Of a stretch of 64,000 bases of DNA, positions 62,765 through 64,000 are shown in pieces. This DNA is from Balanoglossus misakiensis. Taxonomy: Eukaryota > Animalia > Hemichordata. Numbering within the stretch: the stretch's first letter is position 1; each line of letters opens with the position of its first letter. A program made the translations under genes and the position numbers. Below the pieces are notes generated by a model. That model was not told the DNA's origin, did not search any database, and saw nothing but the letters and a program-made list of their open reading frames with translations. The stretch is taken from the NCBI GenBank assembly GCA_040954595.2, contig CM082582.2:6636063-6700062 (forward strand), in the 5' to 3' direction.

Positions 62765-64000
62765 TTCGAGATATTTAGACGGAATCTCGTGACACTGCTT
62801 GCTTTCATCGTTTCAATTTTGCCAACTTCAAAAATTCAACATCAGATCTCTGCCCATGCTTGATTAATCAATGACTCCGTGGATGTAAAAACAACATTGT
62901 TCAGTTTTTAAAGAGCTAGGCACTTGAATTGATCAATGTACTGATTCTACCAATTATAGTTGCTACCCCGATCCCTATTTTCGACTATACTTAGTTCATT
63001 TCTTGTCCTGCTTAAAACTTTATTTTAGTTATCAGCATATATAAAATATTTGAGGGTTTATTAAAGATCACTTTCATGACCTCATGACCTCTACATATGC
63101 TTGTATTTTGTTAGCACGAGTTCACCATTATAGGGTGAACTTCACCATACTGTGCTGGCTTTTGTGCCCTCTAACTTAAACCACCCGGTCTCTTCACACA
63201 CAAAAGAGTGAATGTTTTGTGTGACGATGAGTGATGTGCGGATGTCATGCCAACAAAACTCCCCTGAAGGTCATCACTCAGGGGTCGTGAGAGGGGCCTA
63301 TTACAGACAGAAGAACAAATAACTGAAGACTAGCCTAAACCCCCACTGGAAAACACGGGTGTTCTGCCCCATTTAACAACAAGAAAACAATCTCGGCCGA
63401 TTGTACATAAATTATACGCACAGACACAGAGATATACGGGATATGTTGACAAGGTCACCTCTACGCATGTTTTAACCCTGGCAAAGGAAGCTGAACACGA
63501 AAGAATGGTTGATACAAAGTAATGACAATAAATACTGGAAAAAATAGCAAACTTACAGGCAGCTGTGGGCCTTTAAAAAGTACAAAAGCTGAAAGTAGTT
63601 TGTCTACAGAAAAAAGTATCGAGCGATTGTCATCGCAAAAAGAAGAGAACACCCATAAAAATACATGCAACAAAAAGCTAAGCTTTCCAGGACCTCTATT
63701 TTTACTTTTAAAGAGCAATAAAAAAAACCACATGGCGAGTGGAAAATAAAGAACGTCGGCAATTCCTGATCCGTCAGAGAAATAAAAAATAAAAATAGAC
63801 AGAGAGTCACTCTGACAAAAAAGTAATCGGCATATATGTATGTACAGAGGAAAATAATTTACAAGCGTGGGCAGGCGCGGACGAAAAAAGCCTCTATTTA
63901 AATAGAGGAGAGAATAATCTAAGAATAGGAAGGGTGATGAGAGAGTTCCATTTTTTCGATAGCTGGGGAAAATGAGGTGAGTCACCTCATTATTTATAAC

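Noticed and set aside
63461-63985. 174-aa hydrophobic minus-strand ORF
   Set aside because: F/L-rich translation of A-rich sequence with a non-ATG start and no motifs; possibly a repeat remnant cut by the window edge.
1-64000. CRISPR array, prokaryotic operon or defence island, tRNA/rRNA genes
   Set aside because: No repeat-spacer array or RNA-gene structure was seen. Four of the five genes, including the dynamin-like GTPase, have spliceosomal introns, so the window is not bacterial.

Overview
Eukaryotic (animal) genomic DNA with spliceosomal GT-AG introns. AT-rich introns, GC-rich exons and F-type lectin/LamG/CTLD mosaics suggest a marine invertebrate deuterostome such as amphioxus, a hemichordate or an echinoderm (inference only). 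Bases 1-20 kb hold no supportable coding exon, only short repeats and candidate regulatory motifs. I assembled five genes by hand, with exon phases that agree throughout. (1) An intronless BTB-BACK-Kelch gene (-, 20335-22107). (2) Head-to-head with it, a 24-exon gene of ~3466 aa (+, 23873-39145): TCF19-like FHA domain, 5.3-kb acidic disordered exon, NUGGC/SLIP-GC-type dynamin-like GTPase, duplicated C-terminal exons, SIM and NLS. (3) A 146-aa ALP/PDLIM-like single-LIM protein with no PDZ domain (+, 42228-45201). (4) A 22-exon secreted, membrane-tethered protein of ~1930 aa (-, 46729-60087). Its ARIS/FREM2-C-terminal-like scaffold is interrupted by a cassette of phase 1-1 modules (LamG, F-type lectin, unknown region plus TSP1, C-type lectin, an unnamed domain), followed by furin sites and a GPI/TM tail. 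(5) A 3-exon, 84-aa signal-peptide micro-protein missing from the ORF track (+, 61776-62764). Repeats include a 609-bp TTAA-flanked palindromic MITE, a four-copy ~95-bp piggyBac-like MITE family, microsatellites and local duplications. Family assignments come from motif recognition, not database searches.
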